A stretch of DNA of 63,933 bases from Octopus bimaculoides (lineage: Eukaryota). The translations under genes and the position numbers were made by a program. The stretch covers positions 50,409,316-50,473,248 of the forward strand of contig NC_068999.1 in assembly GCF_001194135.2 (NCBI RefSeq), in the 5' to 3' direction. This document shows positions 25,807-37,830 of the stretch, in pieces (position 1 is the first letter of the stretch; every line of letters begins with the position of its first letter). Below the pieces are notes generated by a model. It did not search any database. It saw nothing but the letters and a program-made list of their open reading frames with translations, and was not told the origin of the DNA.

Positions 25807-26075
25807 GAAGAAGAAGAAGAAGAAGAAGAGCTACTGAGCAGTAGTGCTTATGGCAGAAGAGCGTAGAAATCATATTTTCCATAAAATCTCACATATATTT
25901 TGTTTTGCTATAGGTATGTAATTTATGTATGCATACATGCATGTATGTAATTAGGCATGTAAGTATGTGTGTGTATATAAGCATACATATGTATACACAC
26001 ACATACGTGCACACATACATATCTATTCACATTTCATTTGGTTGTAGTTTGTATAAACGTATACATACATGTACG

Positions 26076-26111
<36 letters not shown>

Positions 26112-26190
26112 CTGTGTGTCTACGGATGTAGAAATGCATATTTGTGTGTGAAAATGAACTGAATTAACGATTAACTCCTGTCGACACATT

Positions 26191-26203
26191 CCACTAGATG
26201 GCG
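26191..26203 (+). promoter_or_regulatory. Candidate CTCF-binding site
   Basis: CCACTAGATGGCG fits the core consensus CCASYAGRKGGCR at all 13 positions, inside a ~180-bp non-repetitive island. Confidence 0.5.
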
Positions 26204-26383
26204 TGTTTTCAATTCAACAGAACAGTGGGTACCAGTACCTTTCGAAAACGAAAGTTAATTAACTGAGATCTCAAGACAATAATATATATATTTCCATATT
26301 TGCAAAACGAAAAAAGAACTAACAAAACAAAGAGGAACGCATGTAAACCCACAACTACATAAACTCATACACAATTACATACA

Positions 26384-26448
<65 letters not shown>

Positions 26449-26477
26449 GTCTATCTGTCTATCTGTCTATCTATCTA

Positions 26478-26519
<42 letters not shown>

Positions 26520-26879
26520 NNNNNNNNNNNNNNNNNNNNNNNNNNNNNNNNNNNNNNNNNNNNNNNNNNNNNNNNNNNNNNNNNNNNNNNNNNNNNNNNN
26601 NNNNNNNNNNNNNNNNNNNNNNNNNNNNNNNNNNNNNNNNNNNNNNNNNNNNNNNNNNNNNNNNNNNNNNNNNNNNNNNNNNNNNNNNNNNNNNNNNNNN
26701 NNNNNNNNNNNNNNNNNNNNNNNNNNNNNNNNNNNNNNNNNNNNNNNNNNNNNNNNNNNNNNNNNNNNNNNNNNNNNNNNNNNNNNNNNNNNNNNNNNNN
26801 NNNNNNNNNNNNNNNNNNNNNNNNNNNNNNACACACACACACACACACACACTTCAAGAATTATAGACGAAGGAATCGA

Positions 26880-27190
26880 CCGCAGCGTTTATTTTTTAAA
26901 GTATCATACGTATTCTAACGTTTTCTTTTGCCAAAACTCTGAGGTAGGGACGTAAGCACACCAACAATGGTTGTCAACTGATGAGAAGTGACAGAAACAG
27001 AAACAAACACACACACACACACACACACAAGACGGACTTCTTTCAGTTTCTGTCTATCAAATCCACTCAAAAGGCTTTGGTTGGACGGAGACTATAATAG
27101 AAGACACTTGCTCAAGTTGCCATGCAGTAAGACCGAACCCGGAACCATATGGTTAAGAAGCAAATTTCTTACCACACAGATACGCCTGTA
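26880..27190 (-). mobile_element. SINE family B, with internal (CA)n
   Basis: tttcagtttctgtctatcaaatccactcaaaaggctttggttg...gaagacacttgctcaag...gaacccggaaccatatggtt is the reverse complement of the family B head and body. Confidence 0.8.
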
Positions 27191-28069
27191 CCTACACACA
27201 CACGCACGCACACACACACACTACACTATCGCATATATTTAAGAGACAAAACATACAACGATATTAGTACGCACGCAAGTAGCACAGTTCCTATAAACCA
27301 ATGTCACACAAATATATTTTATTTAAGCTAGCTTCTATAAAATCTGTCATATCTGTCAACAATGCTTTGACACTCTTTTTGTGTTCTTTGTCTATATAGT
27401 ACTTAAATATGCTCATTCTGTAAGTATCTTTCAAAGGAGATCTAGAATATATCACATTGATATAAACGCAATTACTAACAGAGAAAGATTATGGCGTTGT
27501 CGAATTCGTTAGTTGTTGATCACACGCTATGTCGGCTGTACTTGAAATCAAGAGAAATGATACAAGTTATATTTGTAATTAATATATAAAACTTGACCGT
27601 TTGTCTGTCTTTTTTCATTCTTCGTTTTGAGTAAACCATCATTGTATCCCCGTTTCTCACTGCCCTCTCTCACTTTCTCTGCTTCGTGTAGCGTTCACTC
27701 TCTTGTTGGCGTTTTCTTTCACCTATCCTCTCTCTCTCTTTTTTTAAATGTTTTCCATCGACTTTCCTTATTTTGTGTCTACGTTTGTTTATCAGCAGAA
27801 GTTACAGAGTTTCGTGCATTTTCAGTTATCAAATGCACAAAACTCTAGGTCCTTGAGTCACTCTGTGACTTTATCGATTATTAATAAAAATCGTTTGAAA
27901 CTACTCCTCCTCCTTACCATCGTCATCATCATCATCACCGTCATCATGTTTCTCATCATTATCATTACTCCCTTCTCCTAATCATCATCATCACCTTCCC
28001 ACCACCACTACCACCACCATCATCATTATGATCATCAATAACTATTGAACATTAATGTCCCGAGTTCTA

Positions 28070-28290
28070 GGACATTATGGCTGTACACGTGACTGAAACC
28101 AAGACAGCTCTTCTGAATGGGACACCAGCTCGTTGCAGAGTTACTCACTTACGACTGAGAGGCCTGGAGCAAACATGAAATTAAGTGGTTTGCTCAAGAA
28201 CACAGCGCACCACCTGGTCCACGAATCAAAGCCACAATCATCATCGTGCAATCGTGAGTTCAACTGCCTAACTACTTGGCCACGTACCTT
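28070..28290 (-). mobile_element. tRNA-headed SINE (family C/D-like)
   Basis: gtggtttgctcaagaacacagcgc...gaatc...cgtgagttcaactgcctaactacttggccac; reverse complement gives a tRNA-like head plus a ttcttgagcaa core. Confidence 0.55.
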
Positions 28291-28352
28291 CTAATTAACT
28301 ACGCATCGATGCAATCCACAAAAGGCGGCGAAATGTTACAGAAATGTTACAG

Positions 28353-28567
28353 AAAAGGCGGCGAAATGGCAGAACCGTTAGCACGCCGGAGGAAATGCTC
28401 AGCGGCATTTTGTTCATCTTTGTGCTCTGAGTTCGAATTCCTGCGAGGTCGACTTTATCTTTTATCCTATCGGGGTCGATGAAATAAGTAACAGTTGAGC
28501 ACTGGGATCAATGTAACCGACTATCCACCTCCCCCAGAATTTCTGTCCCAGAGCCTGTAATAGAAAT
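28353..28567 (+). mobile_element. SINE family A, with a duplicated 5' head stub at 28321-28352
   Basis: Full family A head and body. Confidence 0.85.
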
Positions 28568-29578
28568 GATATTTCTGATAAATGTTTAAGTGGAATTAAT
28601 GATCTCTATGGCAAACTTGTATCTTCCATTCTGCAATTGCTACACGTTCCCAGAAAACACACTAGCAACGTCTCCGATTTATAAATACGTGGTCGAAATC
28701 ACACTCATGCACTGGCCATCAAATACACAGCATAAAAAGCGTTCACGACTTATTGTCGGTATTCTACCGACAATAAGCTCTTAGATGCGCTTACGCACAA
28801 ACACGCACGGATATACTAACATGCCAATACATACATGAATACAAAACCATGGAAATACATTACAACAAAACAAGCTCACACACACACACACACACACACA
28901 CAAAGTAACACAAAATACATAAAACTACGTATACATGTTATAAATATCTGCACATAAAACGTTCACAAACAAGCTCATACACACACATGTACGCACACAC
29001 ACATACACACACACACATCCACTAACATACACAGCATACATAAATACACATACGTATGGGTATACATAACCACACAGAAGAACGTTCACAAATACACACG
29101 CACACAGACACAAGCACAGACATAAAGCAGAAAGAGAAAGAGAAAGTGGGGAGAGGCGGAGAGAGAGGATGGGGGTGGGAAACAGATTTCTTCTGCGAGT
29201 TGAAGAGTTCATCAAAGATGAATGTTGATGCTAAACTTCAGTATCGTGTCAATGTCTTCATTAGAATACTAAAACCCAACATGGTGCTCACGCAATTATA
29301 TAACATATGCAAATGAGATGTCAAACTACGGATGGCACGAAACACAATTTTTTTTCCCCCCTGTTTTCTCTTGCTGGCTGTGACCAGCTGCGATGGTCAG
29401 TAGTCTTAGCGTGCCAAACCGCTAGTCAGTTGCTCGTCGACGAAGATAGAAAGCTTTGAAAATTTTGCATCATCATCATCATCAATGTCGTCTTTGTCAT
29501 TGTAATCGTCGTCACAGTCATCATCATCATCTGCATATCTTTATCTTCCATGATTATATTATCTCTTTTTTAAAGTTG

Positions 29579-29618
<40 letters not shown>

Positions 29619-29869
29619 NNNNNNNNNNNNNNNNNNNNNNNNNNNNNNNNNNNNNNNNNNNNNNNNNNNNNNNNNNNNNNNNNNNNNNNNNNNNNNNNNN
29701 NNNNNNNNNNNNNNNNNNNNNNNNNNNNNNNNNNNNNNNNNNNNNNNNNNNNNNNNNNNNNNNNNNNNNNNNNNNNNNNNNNNNNNNNNNNNNNNNNNNN
29801 NNNNNNNNNNNNNNNNNNNNNNNNNNNNNNNNNNNNNNNNNNNNNNNNNNNNNNTATATATATATGAAC

Positions 29870-30010
29870 GCGCGTGGCTTAGTGGTTAGGGCATTCGGCT
29901 CACGGTCTTAAGGTCGTGAGTTCAATTTCCGGTGACGCGTTGGGTCCTTGAACAAGACACTTTATTTCACGTTGGTCCAGTCCACTCAGCTGGCAAAAAT
30001 GAGTAGTAAT
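29870..30010 (+). mobile_element. SINE family C, 5' half (tRNA-derived Pol III head)
   Basis: A-box tggcttagtgg, B-box gagttcaatttcc, then ccttgaacaagacactttatttcacgttggtccagtccactcagctggcaaaaatgag. Confidence 0.75.
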
Positions 30011-30084
30011 CGTGTTAATCCCTTTGCCTGTCCTTGTTTGTTCTCTCTATGTTTAGCCCCTGTGGGGCAATAAAGAAATAAATA

Positions 30085-30255
30085 ATTAGCACCCGGGGCA
30101 AAATGCTTTACATTCTGAACTGAAATTCCGCCGAATTCATTGTGTTTCATCCTTTCGGGTGTCGATAAAGTAGGCATCAGTTGGGTACCGGTGTCAACGT
30201 AATAGACTTATCCCTTCCTCCAAAAATGCTAACCTTGTGTCAAAAGCTTAAAATC
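30085..30255 (+). mobile_element. SINE family A, decayed
   Basis: ttagcacccggggcaaaatgctt...gaaattccgccga...catcctttcggg... Confidence 0.7.
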
Positions 30256-30585
30256 ATTTAAACGGAACACCATCATTTAACTGTTATATAGTCTAAGATA
30301 GACGCAGAGAGGATTTCAAGTAAATATATAGTGCAAAATGGTTAGAACTGAAAAGAACCATTATTTGACATTCTACAGTGTTAGAAAGTAGTTCCTTCTC
30401 TACCACTTATCATGATTGTACTTATACAAACAATAACTTTAACAGGTTCTTTTTTTCTCATTTAAACCCGTTGTTTATCTCATCTTAAGATAATGAACGT
30501 TTAGTTTTACTAACAGGTTTTCAATTGTTATTGTTCGTGTGAGTATGTTTGCATCTATATTAGTAGGTGCATATATATATATGTT

Positions 30586-30622
<37 letters not shown>

Positions 30623-33439
30623 NNNNNNNNNNNNNNNNNNNNNNNNNNNNNNNNNNNNNNNNNNNNNNNNNNNNNNNNNNNNNNNNNNNNNNNNNNNNNN
30701 NNNNNNNNNNNNNNNNNNNNNNNNNNNNNNNNNNNNNNNNNNNNNNNNNNNNNNNNNNNNNNNNNNNNNNNNNNNNNNNNNNNNNNNNNNNNNNNNNNNN
30801 NNNNNNNNNNNNNNNNNNNNNNNNNNNNNNNNNNNNNNNNNNNNNNNNNNNNNNNNNNNNNNNNNNNNNNNNNNNNNNNNNNNNNNNNNNNNNNNNNNNN
30901 NNNNNNNNNNNNNNNNNNNNNNNNNNNNNNNNNNNNNNNNNNNNNNNNNNNNNNNNNNNNNNNNNNNNNNNNNNNNTATATATATACATACATACATATA
31001 TTTATATATGTATATGTGTTTAACAACGTCCTGGCTTTTAATTTTTTTAATTGTGATGTTTGAAGTGAAGAAGATTGAAAATTGTTAAAATATTTTTATT
31101 TTTATACAGTTTCGTTCTATGTTGCTTTTTTTTTCTTTTTCATTTTAAAAGTCAAAATGCCGAAATGAAAATAAAACTGAGAATAAAAATAAAATAATAG
31201 ATAAAAAAAATAATTCATGAATTAAAGAAAAAAACGCAACCGGAATGGAGTTATGGATAAAGAGATTGAAAAGTGTAAAAATATTTGATGAAGCATCTGT
31301 TGTTACAAACGGAGAATTGAATAAGGAAGAAGGAAGAGAGAGAAATAGATAGAAAGACAGATAGATAGAGAGAGTGAGAGGGAAAGGATGAAAGAAAGGA
31401 GTAAAATTGGAGAGAGTGAGAAAGAATTAGTGAGAGATATTTTTGAATTGTGAGAAGTGAGGAAACTGTGAAGGGGGAAAAAAAGTGTTAATGATAAAAT
31501 GGTGAAGAGAAATTGAAAAGGACACAAGAGGAAAAAAATGGGAGAGACAAAGTGAGTCAGAGAGAGAGAGAGAGGCGCAGTGAGAGGGAGAGAGATGGAG
31601 GGAGACAGCGTGCGATATAAAGGAGGGAAAGAGGGGTAGGTCTGGAGGTTGTAGGTTTACGTGTGCACATATGAGTATGTGCGCGCTTGGGTACGTATGT
31701 ATGTGGGTGTGTGTGTATGTGTGTGTGTATGTGTGTGTAGGGATGCGTGTGTATTTTTGAAAAGTGCGATGTTAGGATTTAAGTAGGCTGATTGACATTG
31801 AAGAAAGATTGGCAGTTACAATGGAATGGTTTAATAGATTTGGAAAAGGGGAAGCCAGCAGAAACAAAAAGAAAAGTAAAAGGAACAGGAAAGGGAAAAG
31901 AAGGAAGAGAAGAAGTAGAAAGAAAAAAGAAAAGGAATGAAAAGGAAAAGGAAATGAAAAAGAAAAAAAGTGGAGATGAAGAGGAAGAAGAAGAAGAAGA
32001 AGAAGAAGAAGAAGAAGAAGAAAGATATCGAGGCCAAAAAAGAGAAAAGGAAAAAGGAAAAAAAAACAGGAACGATGAATAAGATGGAGGACAACGATTG
32101 TGTAAAGGGTTTTTACGTTGGTGGTGATGGTCATTATTGTAATGCTTGTTTGGGGTGGTAAGTTTTGAAGAGCATGGAATCGACAGTGACAAACAGAGAA
32201 TAGAGGGAAAAAAATGTTGTGTTGGAGTGGAAATGATGCCGGGTTGTTTGATTGGTTGGTTAGTTCGTTGGTGAAGAATGTAATGATGGGGCGGGGTGGG
32301 GGGGGTGGTAGATTTAGGATATTCTGAGAGTGGTGATAGTGGCGGCGGAACACAACGAGGTATATTTTTTTACTGAGCNNNNNNNNNNNNNNNNNNNNNN
32401 NNNNNNNNNNNNNNNNNNNNNNNNNNNNNNNNNNNNNNNNNNNNNNNNNNNNNNNNNNNNNNNNNNNNNNNNNNNNNNNNNNNNNNNNNNNNNNNNNNNN
32501 NNNNNNNNNNNNNNNNNNNNNNNNNNNNNNNNNNNNNNNNNNNNNNNNNNNNNNNNNNNNNNNNNNNNNNNNNNNNNNNNNNNNNNNNNNNNNNNNNNNN
32601 NNNNNNNNNNNNNNNNNNNNNNNNNNNNNNNNNNNNNNNNNNNNNNNNNNNNNNNNNNNNNNNNNNNNNNNNNNNNNNNNNNNNNNNNNNNNNNNNNNNN
32701 NNNNNNNNNNNNNNNNNNNNNNNNNNNNNNNNNNNNNNNNNNNNNNNNNNNNNNNNNNNNNNNNNNNNNNNNNNNNNNNNNNNNNNNNNNNNNNNNNNNN
32801 NNNNNNNNNNNNNNNNNNNNNNNNNNNNNNNNNNNNNNNNNNNNNNNNNNTATATATATATGGGGTGGAGGTGAGGGTGCATAACAAAATATCAGATATG
32901 CTGCAAAAGGCCCTGAAGGAAAGGCTACGTAAACATACGTAGACGTGAAACACGATGAGGTACTTACTTCAACCTGTACGCACGATAATAAACAAGAAAT
33001 ACACTCACACGTTAGATCAGTCGTACACAAACGCAAGCACACGCATATGTACACATGTGCACACGTACACATACACACGCATAAATGCATAGGCAAGCAC
33101 ACACACACACACAACCACAGACATACACACACTCATACTGAAACGTGCATACACGAACATACAAACACACAAACACGTACACATAATATTCTAAGGTAGA
33201 AAATTAGAAAAATCATACAAGACTGAGATGAAATAATCAGGAGGAAGAAACAAAGAAAAAAAAGCAAAGAAAAGGAAAGAAAAGAAAGTAAGAAAGAGAA
33301 AGAAACAAAGAAAAAAAAGCTGTTTTCGGAAAAACAAAAACAAAAGCGAAAAAAGAGTGAAAAAAAAAAAAAGATGTGGAGAAATAACGGAAATTAGGAA
33401 TGAATGAGTTAGCAGAAGGAAATATAATTGAATAAGTTT

Positions 33440-33455
33440 GTGTGATTACAGCAGG

Positions 33456-33489
<34 letters not shown>

Positions 33490-34889
33490 GCAGGTACACA
33501 AATCAGTAATCTCAGTAACCGCAGCACTATTACAATTGCAGCAACAGCAGCAACGACAGCAGCAGCAATAATAATAATAATAATAATAATAATAGTAATT
33601 GTAATAATAATAGTAATTGTAATAATAATAACGAGTAAAGAGGATGATGATGATTATATATTATCATAAATGTTACAACAGGTAAAAATAAAATGTAAAT
33701 AGACATGGATCTTCCGTCGGTATCGAAGATGAGTCATTCAATTACTTGAGAAATTGAACTGCCTCTTATGTACAGTGGGGGGTTCTAGATACATATAACA
33801 GACATGATGGTCGTGGATGGAACGCCTCTTTAGGTAGATCTGTTCGACCTTCGATGACCTGCACTTAAACTACGATAGCAATAACAACAATAACATCAAC
33901 AACGAGAACGATTATAGGTCTTTGCCAACATAACTTGGCAGTCCTGCTTTAGGACGAATGTTGCTGTAATTTAGCCTCAGGAGACATCGTCTCCAGCTGG
34001 CTATACGACACGATCTGTGTCCTCATATTTTCGAACAAGGGAATCTAGCACCCCCACTCAGCTCAAAACAATATCCGTGTATCGCAATTTCTGGGTTATT
34101 TCCCTTCATCAACAATTATTCTGTGCTGAAATCATTCTCTGGTATTATACGAGATGAATTATGTGACGACGTATGACTGACGTACGAAATAAAATATTAG
34201 ATGAACTGTGTTTGAAAAAACGGGAAGGTTATGGTTGGAATACCTCTAGACATTGGTTTTTCTTAGAGTTGACTGAATAAAAATCGCATCAAGAAAGAGA
34301 AATAGGAAGGAAGGGACGACTATTGAAACATCAGCTATAATACATGTTAGAATATCAGAGGAAATAAAATCTAGAACAACAAGAACGACAAGAGCAACAG
34401 TGACAAGGACAGTATGAACACAATAACTATAATAACAACAATACAAACAAAACAACACTATAAACATAACAATATCGTGAACAAGATAACAATATTAAGA
34501 CAATGAGAATATAAACGTAACTTAATAACAAGAGGATAAACATGATAACAACATAAACAATCGCAATAATATAAAGATAACAATGCCATGAAGAGCATTA
34601 ACAACAATAATGTCAACAACATTGTTCACGAAATCAACAACGGTAACAACAACAACAACAGCAACAACAACAACAACAACAATAATAATAATAATAATGA
34701 TAATAATAAAGGGCGATAATGTGGACAATGGCAACAAAATAACAGTAAATATGAAGAACAATAACAACTACAAAACCAACAACGACAACAGGAAGAACAA
34801 AAGCCTCAGCTACAACAGAAACATTATGAACTTCTACAGAAACAACACGAACAACAACAACAACAACAACAACAACAATAATGATGATG

Positions 34890-34941
<52 letters not shown>

Positions 34942-35030
34942 CAGCAACAAAAGAAACACCAAAAACTGACACAAGAACATCGAAGAAGAAGATGAAAAAG
35001 AAAAAGAGGAGCTACAACAACAACAAAAAT
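33440..35030. repeat. Degenerate (AAC)/(AAT)/(GCA) trinucleotide-rich tracts with intervening decayed repeats
   Basis: Directly visible; source of poly-N/T/I ORFs. Confidence 0.8.
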
Positions 35031-35529
35031 ATGAAATTTACGATAGTATATGGGGCTGTAGAGTAACCAAAAAATATGTGTGTGTGTGTGTGTATTTACT
35101 TGTTTGAGTGTGTGTGTGTGTTTCGAGAAGCGGCAACAGTTACGATATAATAATATTGCAATGAACACTAATTTTCTTTCNNNNNNNNNNNNNNNNNNNN
35201 NNNNNNNNNNNNNNNNNNNNNNNNNNNNNNNNNNNNNNNNNNNNNNNNNNNNNNNNNNNNNNNNNNNNNNNNNNNNNNNNNNNNNNNNNNNNNNNNNNNN
35301 NNNNNNNNNNNNNNNNNNNNNNNNNNNNNNNNNNNNNNNNNNAAGAAAAGGGGAAGTTAATGAAGAAGGCGAAGGTAAAAACAAAAAGAGCAATGTTAAA
35401 AAGTCGGGGTGGATGAGGGTAAGGGGAAAGAGGAGAAGAAACAGAAGATGAAGAAGAAATAGATGGAGAAGACGAGAGAGAAAATGAAACGCGTAGAAGA
35501 GAAAAATTTAAAATTAAGCGAGTATAGCG

Positions 35530-35565
<36 letters not shown>

Positions 35566-35824
35566 TAGAGAGGGGGGAAAGGAGAGAGTTCGGCGAAGGA
35601 AAATAATGAAATAAATATTTAAAATACATCAAAGGACTAAAAGAAAAAAAGATATATATGGCAAATATTACGAAACCCTTCAGAAAATATGGAAAGATTA
35701 AGGAAAAAAAAACAAGATAGAAAAAGAAGGAAAAAGCAAAGAATATTGATAAGAAACGCAAACAAAATGGCGAAATCTCTGCTGATTAAAGATGACGTGA
35801 AATACTGAATTAAAATAGAAACGG

Positions 35825-35878
<54 letters not shown>

Positions 35879-36523
35879 TGAAAAGATAAAAGGGGGAGAA
35901 AATCAGAAAGATATACAGATAAAGAATGTAAAATGCTAGTGAGGAGATAGGAGGTTCAGAATTTTCGTTACTAAATTTCAGAAAGGGATTATATGCTTTA
36001 AAGAAATTGTTCCATGTTAATTGGTTAAATTTAGAAAAAAAAAAAAAAAAAAAAGGAAATAGGAAAACGAAAACGAAAAAGAAGAAAGCGAAGAAATATT
36101 AAAATAAGGAGAAAATATCAAAATAAAAGAGCAAAAGAAAAGAAATTCAAATGTTTAAACGCTGCCATTACAGTTAAATAGTTAACACACGAAAGCAGAG
36201 CTTACCACTTAAGTTAAATGAGGAACAAATGACAAATACTTCATAACTAAATAGCGTAGAATTTAAATCGCATCTACGTGGAAGCTGAGTTATAAAAGCC
36301 GTTGAGAAGGCCTGTAAACATTTATACAACCAGCAAGAAATAGCAGTCAAATATTCCTGAAACTACGCGCTGACTTGTTTAAAATAAAAAATGGAATCCA
36401 ATAGATAATGTAATCATGTTATGTAATTATTGTTCTTGACCATAGACTGTCCACTTGTTTTGTTTTCTCTATCTTCCACGGCCTGCTTGAAGCTTACAAA
36501 TTTTCTACACTTAGAACCTCAAA

Positions 36524-36586
<63 letters not shown>

Positions 36587-36683
36587 AAAGCATATAGACA
36601 AGCTGATTAGGGGAAAGTCCGTGTTAGGGACATTCTGCATACTAAATACAGATGGTAGAACTAAATACAGCTGGTTAGAACTA

Positions 36684-37201
36684 CAGGGTGGTACAGAGAA
36701 GACGGACGTTTTTGAAATGGCTATTACTCAATCCTAGGGGAAAGGACATATGTCCGACAGGTGTCATTCGGTCCGTGGTGTCTTAGCATTTTTTGTTTCA
36801 TTTCAGGTGAAGCCATGGCGCTGTGGATAATAGAGCATCGCGTGTTTGCCTACGACGCGAAGAATAATGAATCTGTCACAGCAGCTCAGCGTGAGTTTCG
36901 GCGTCACTTCAAGCTGTGCACCCCCGTAACGCAATCTTATGTTGGGTGAATGTACTTCGTAAACGAGGTACACTAATGAATAGGAGACCGATTGGGGCGC
37001 CACGAACGGCACGGACCCTGGAACGCCTTCAGAAGTGCATTACTGAAAACGGACACTACATGATGGATATTGCTTTCCACACTTGATTTTGACAAACGCT
37101 AATTCACTACAACCACATTGATAGCAATAGAATTTGTCTGCAGCTAAAATTAATGATTTTGTGAATTTTTCAAAAACGTCCGCCCTCTCTGCCTCACCTT
37201 A
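36684..37201 (+). mobile_element. Internally deleted Tc1/mariner DNA transposon (~518 bp)
   Basis: Left TA|cagggtggtacagagaagacggacgtttttgaaa; right tttcaaaaacgtccgccctctctgcctcacctta|ca (about 26/34 identity). Remnant reads MALWIIEHRVFAYD..KNNESVTAAQREFRRHF (DUF4817-like HTH N-terminus), shifts to PRNAILCWVNVLRKRGTLMNRRPIGAPRTART, then joins directly to the C-terminal RLQKCITENGHYMMDI; the DDE core is missing. Confidence 0.85.
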
Positions 37202-37621
37202 CACCAGAAGACTTGGGTAACACAGGTTTAAATTAATTAATTATGATGCTTAATTACGTAATTATATAAATAATAATGCTTTATACCAATGTAACATCTG
37301 TTGAGTAGAATTAAATCATGAATTACTTGTGAAATTTATACTCTTCTGAATTCTTTATTCCACAAAATTAAGATTATTAAGATAATTTTTACCCCTCATT
37401 ATTGCTATATTTTGAAGTAATTAGACCGTTGTACATTGTAACGTTCAGTCTCCTAGTTCCCAGATTACTATTCAGTAAATTTAGTCTTCTGCTTTAAATA
37501 AAGAGGTTGAACGCTGTAGAGAATAATCGTAGCTCCTCGCGCCTGCATAACTCTTCTTCGTAAATAATTTCATTTAACTCGTGTAAATTCAGGAGGAGAA
37601 GATGAATAGGAATTACATGTC

Positions 37622-37830
37622 AGCTTAAAATTTTGGCACAAAGCCAGCAAATTCGTGGGAGGGTTAAGTCGATTACATCGACCCAGTACTTAACTGGTAC
37701 TTATTTTATCGACCCCGTAGGGATGAAAGGCAAAGTTTACCTCGGTGGAATTTAAACTCAGAACGTAAAAACTGACGAAATTCCTCTCAGCATTTCCCTG
37801 GCAAACTTTAGGGTCCAGCTCGCCGCCATT
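37622..37830 (-). mobile_element. SINE family A
   Basis: ttttggcacaaagccagcaa...gtcgattacatcgacccagt...ctggtacttattttatcgacccc... Confidence 0.85.

Noticed and set aside
26965-26995. ctgatga...gaaac hammerhead-like words
   Set aside because: No helix II pairing; it is a mutated SINE B segment.
29870-29945. tRNA gene
   Set aside because: A and B boxes are present but run into a SINE core, with no acceptor stem or cloverleaf; the same applies to all other tRNA-like heads here.
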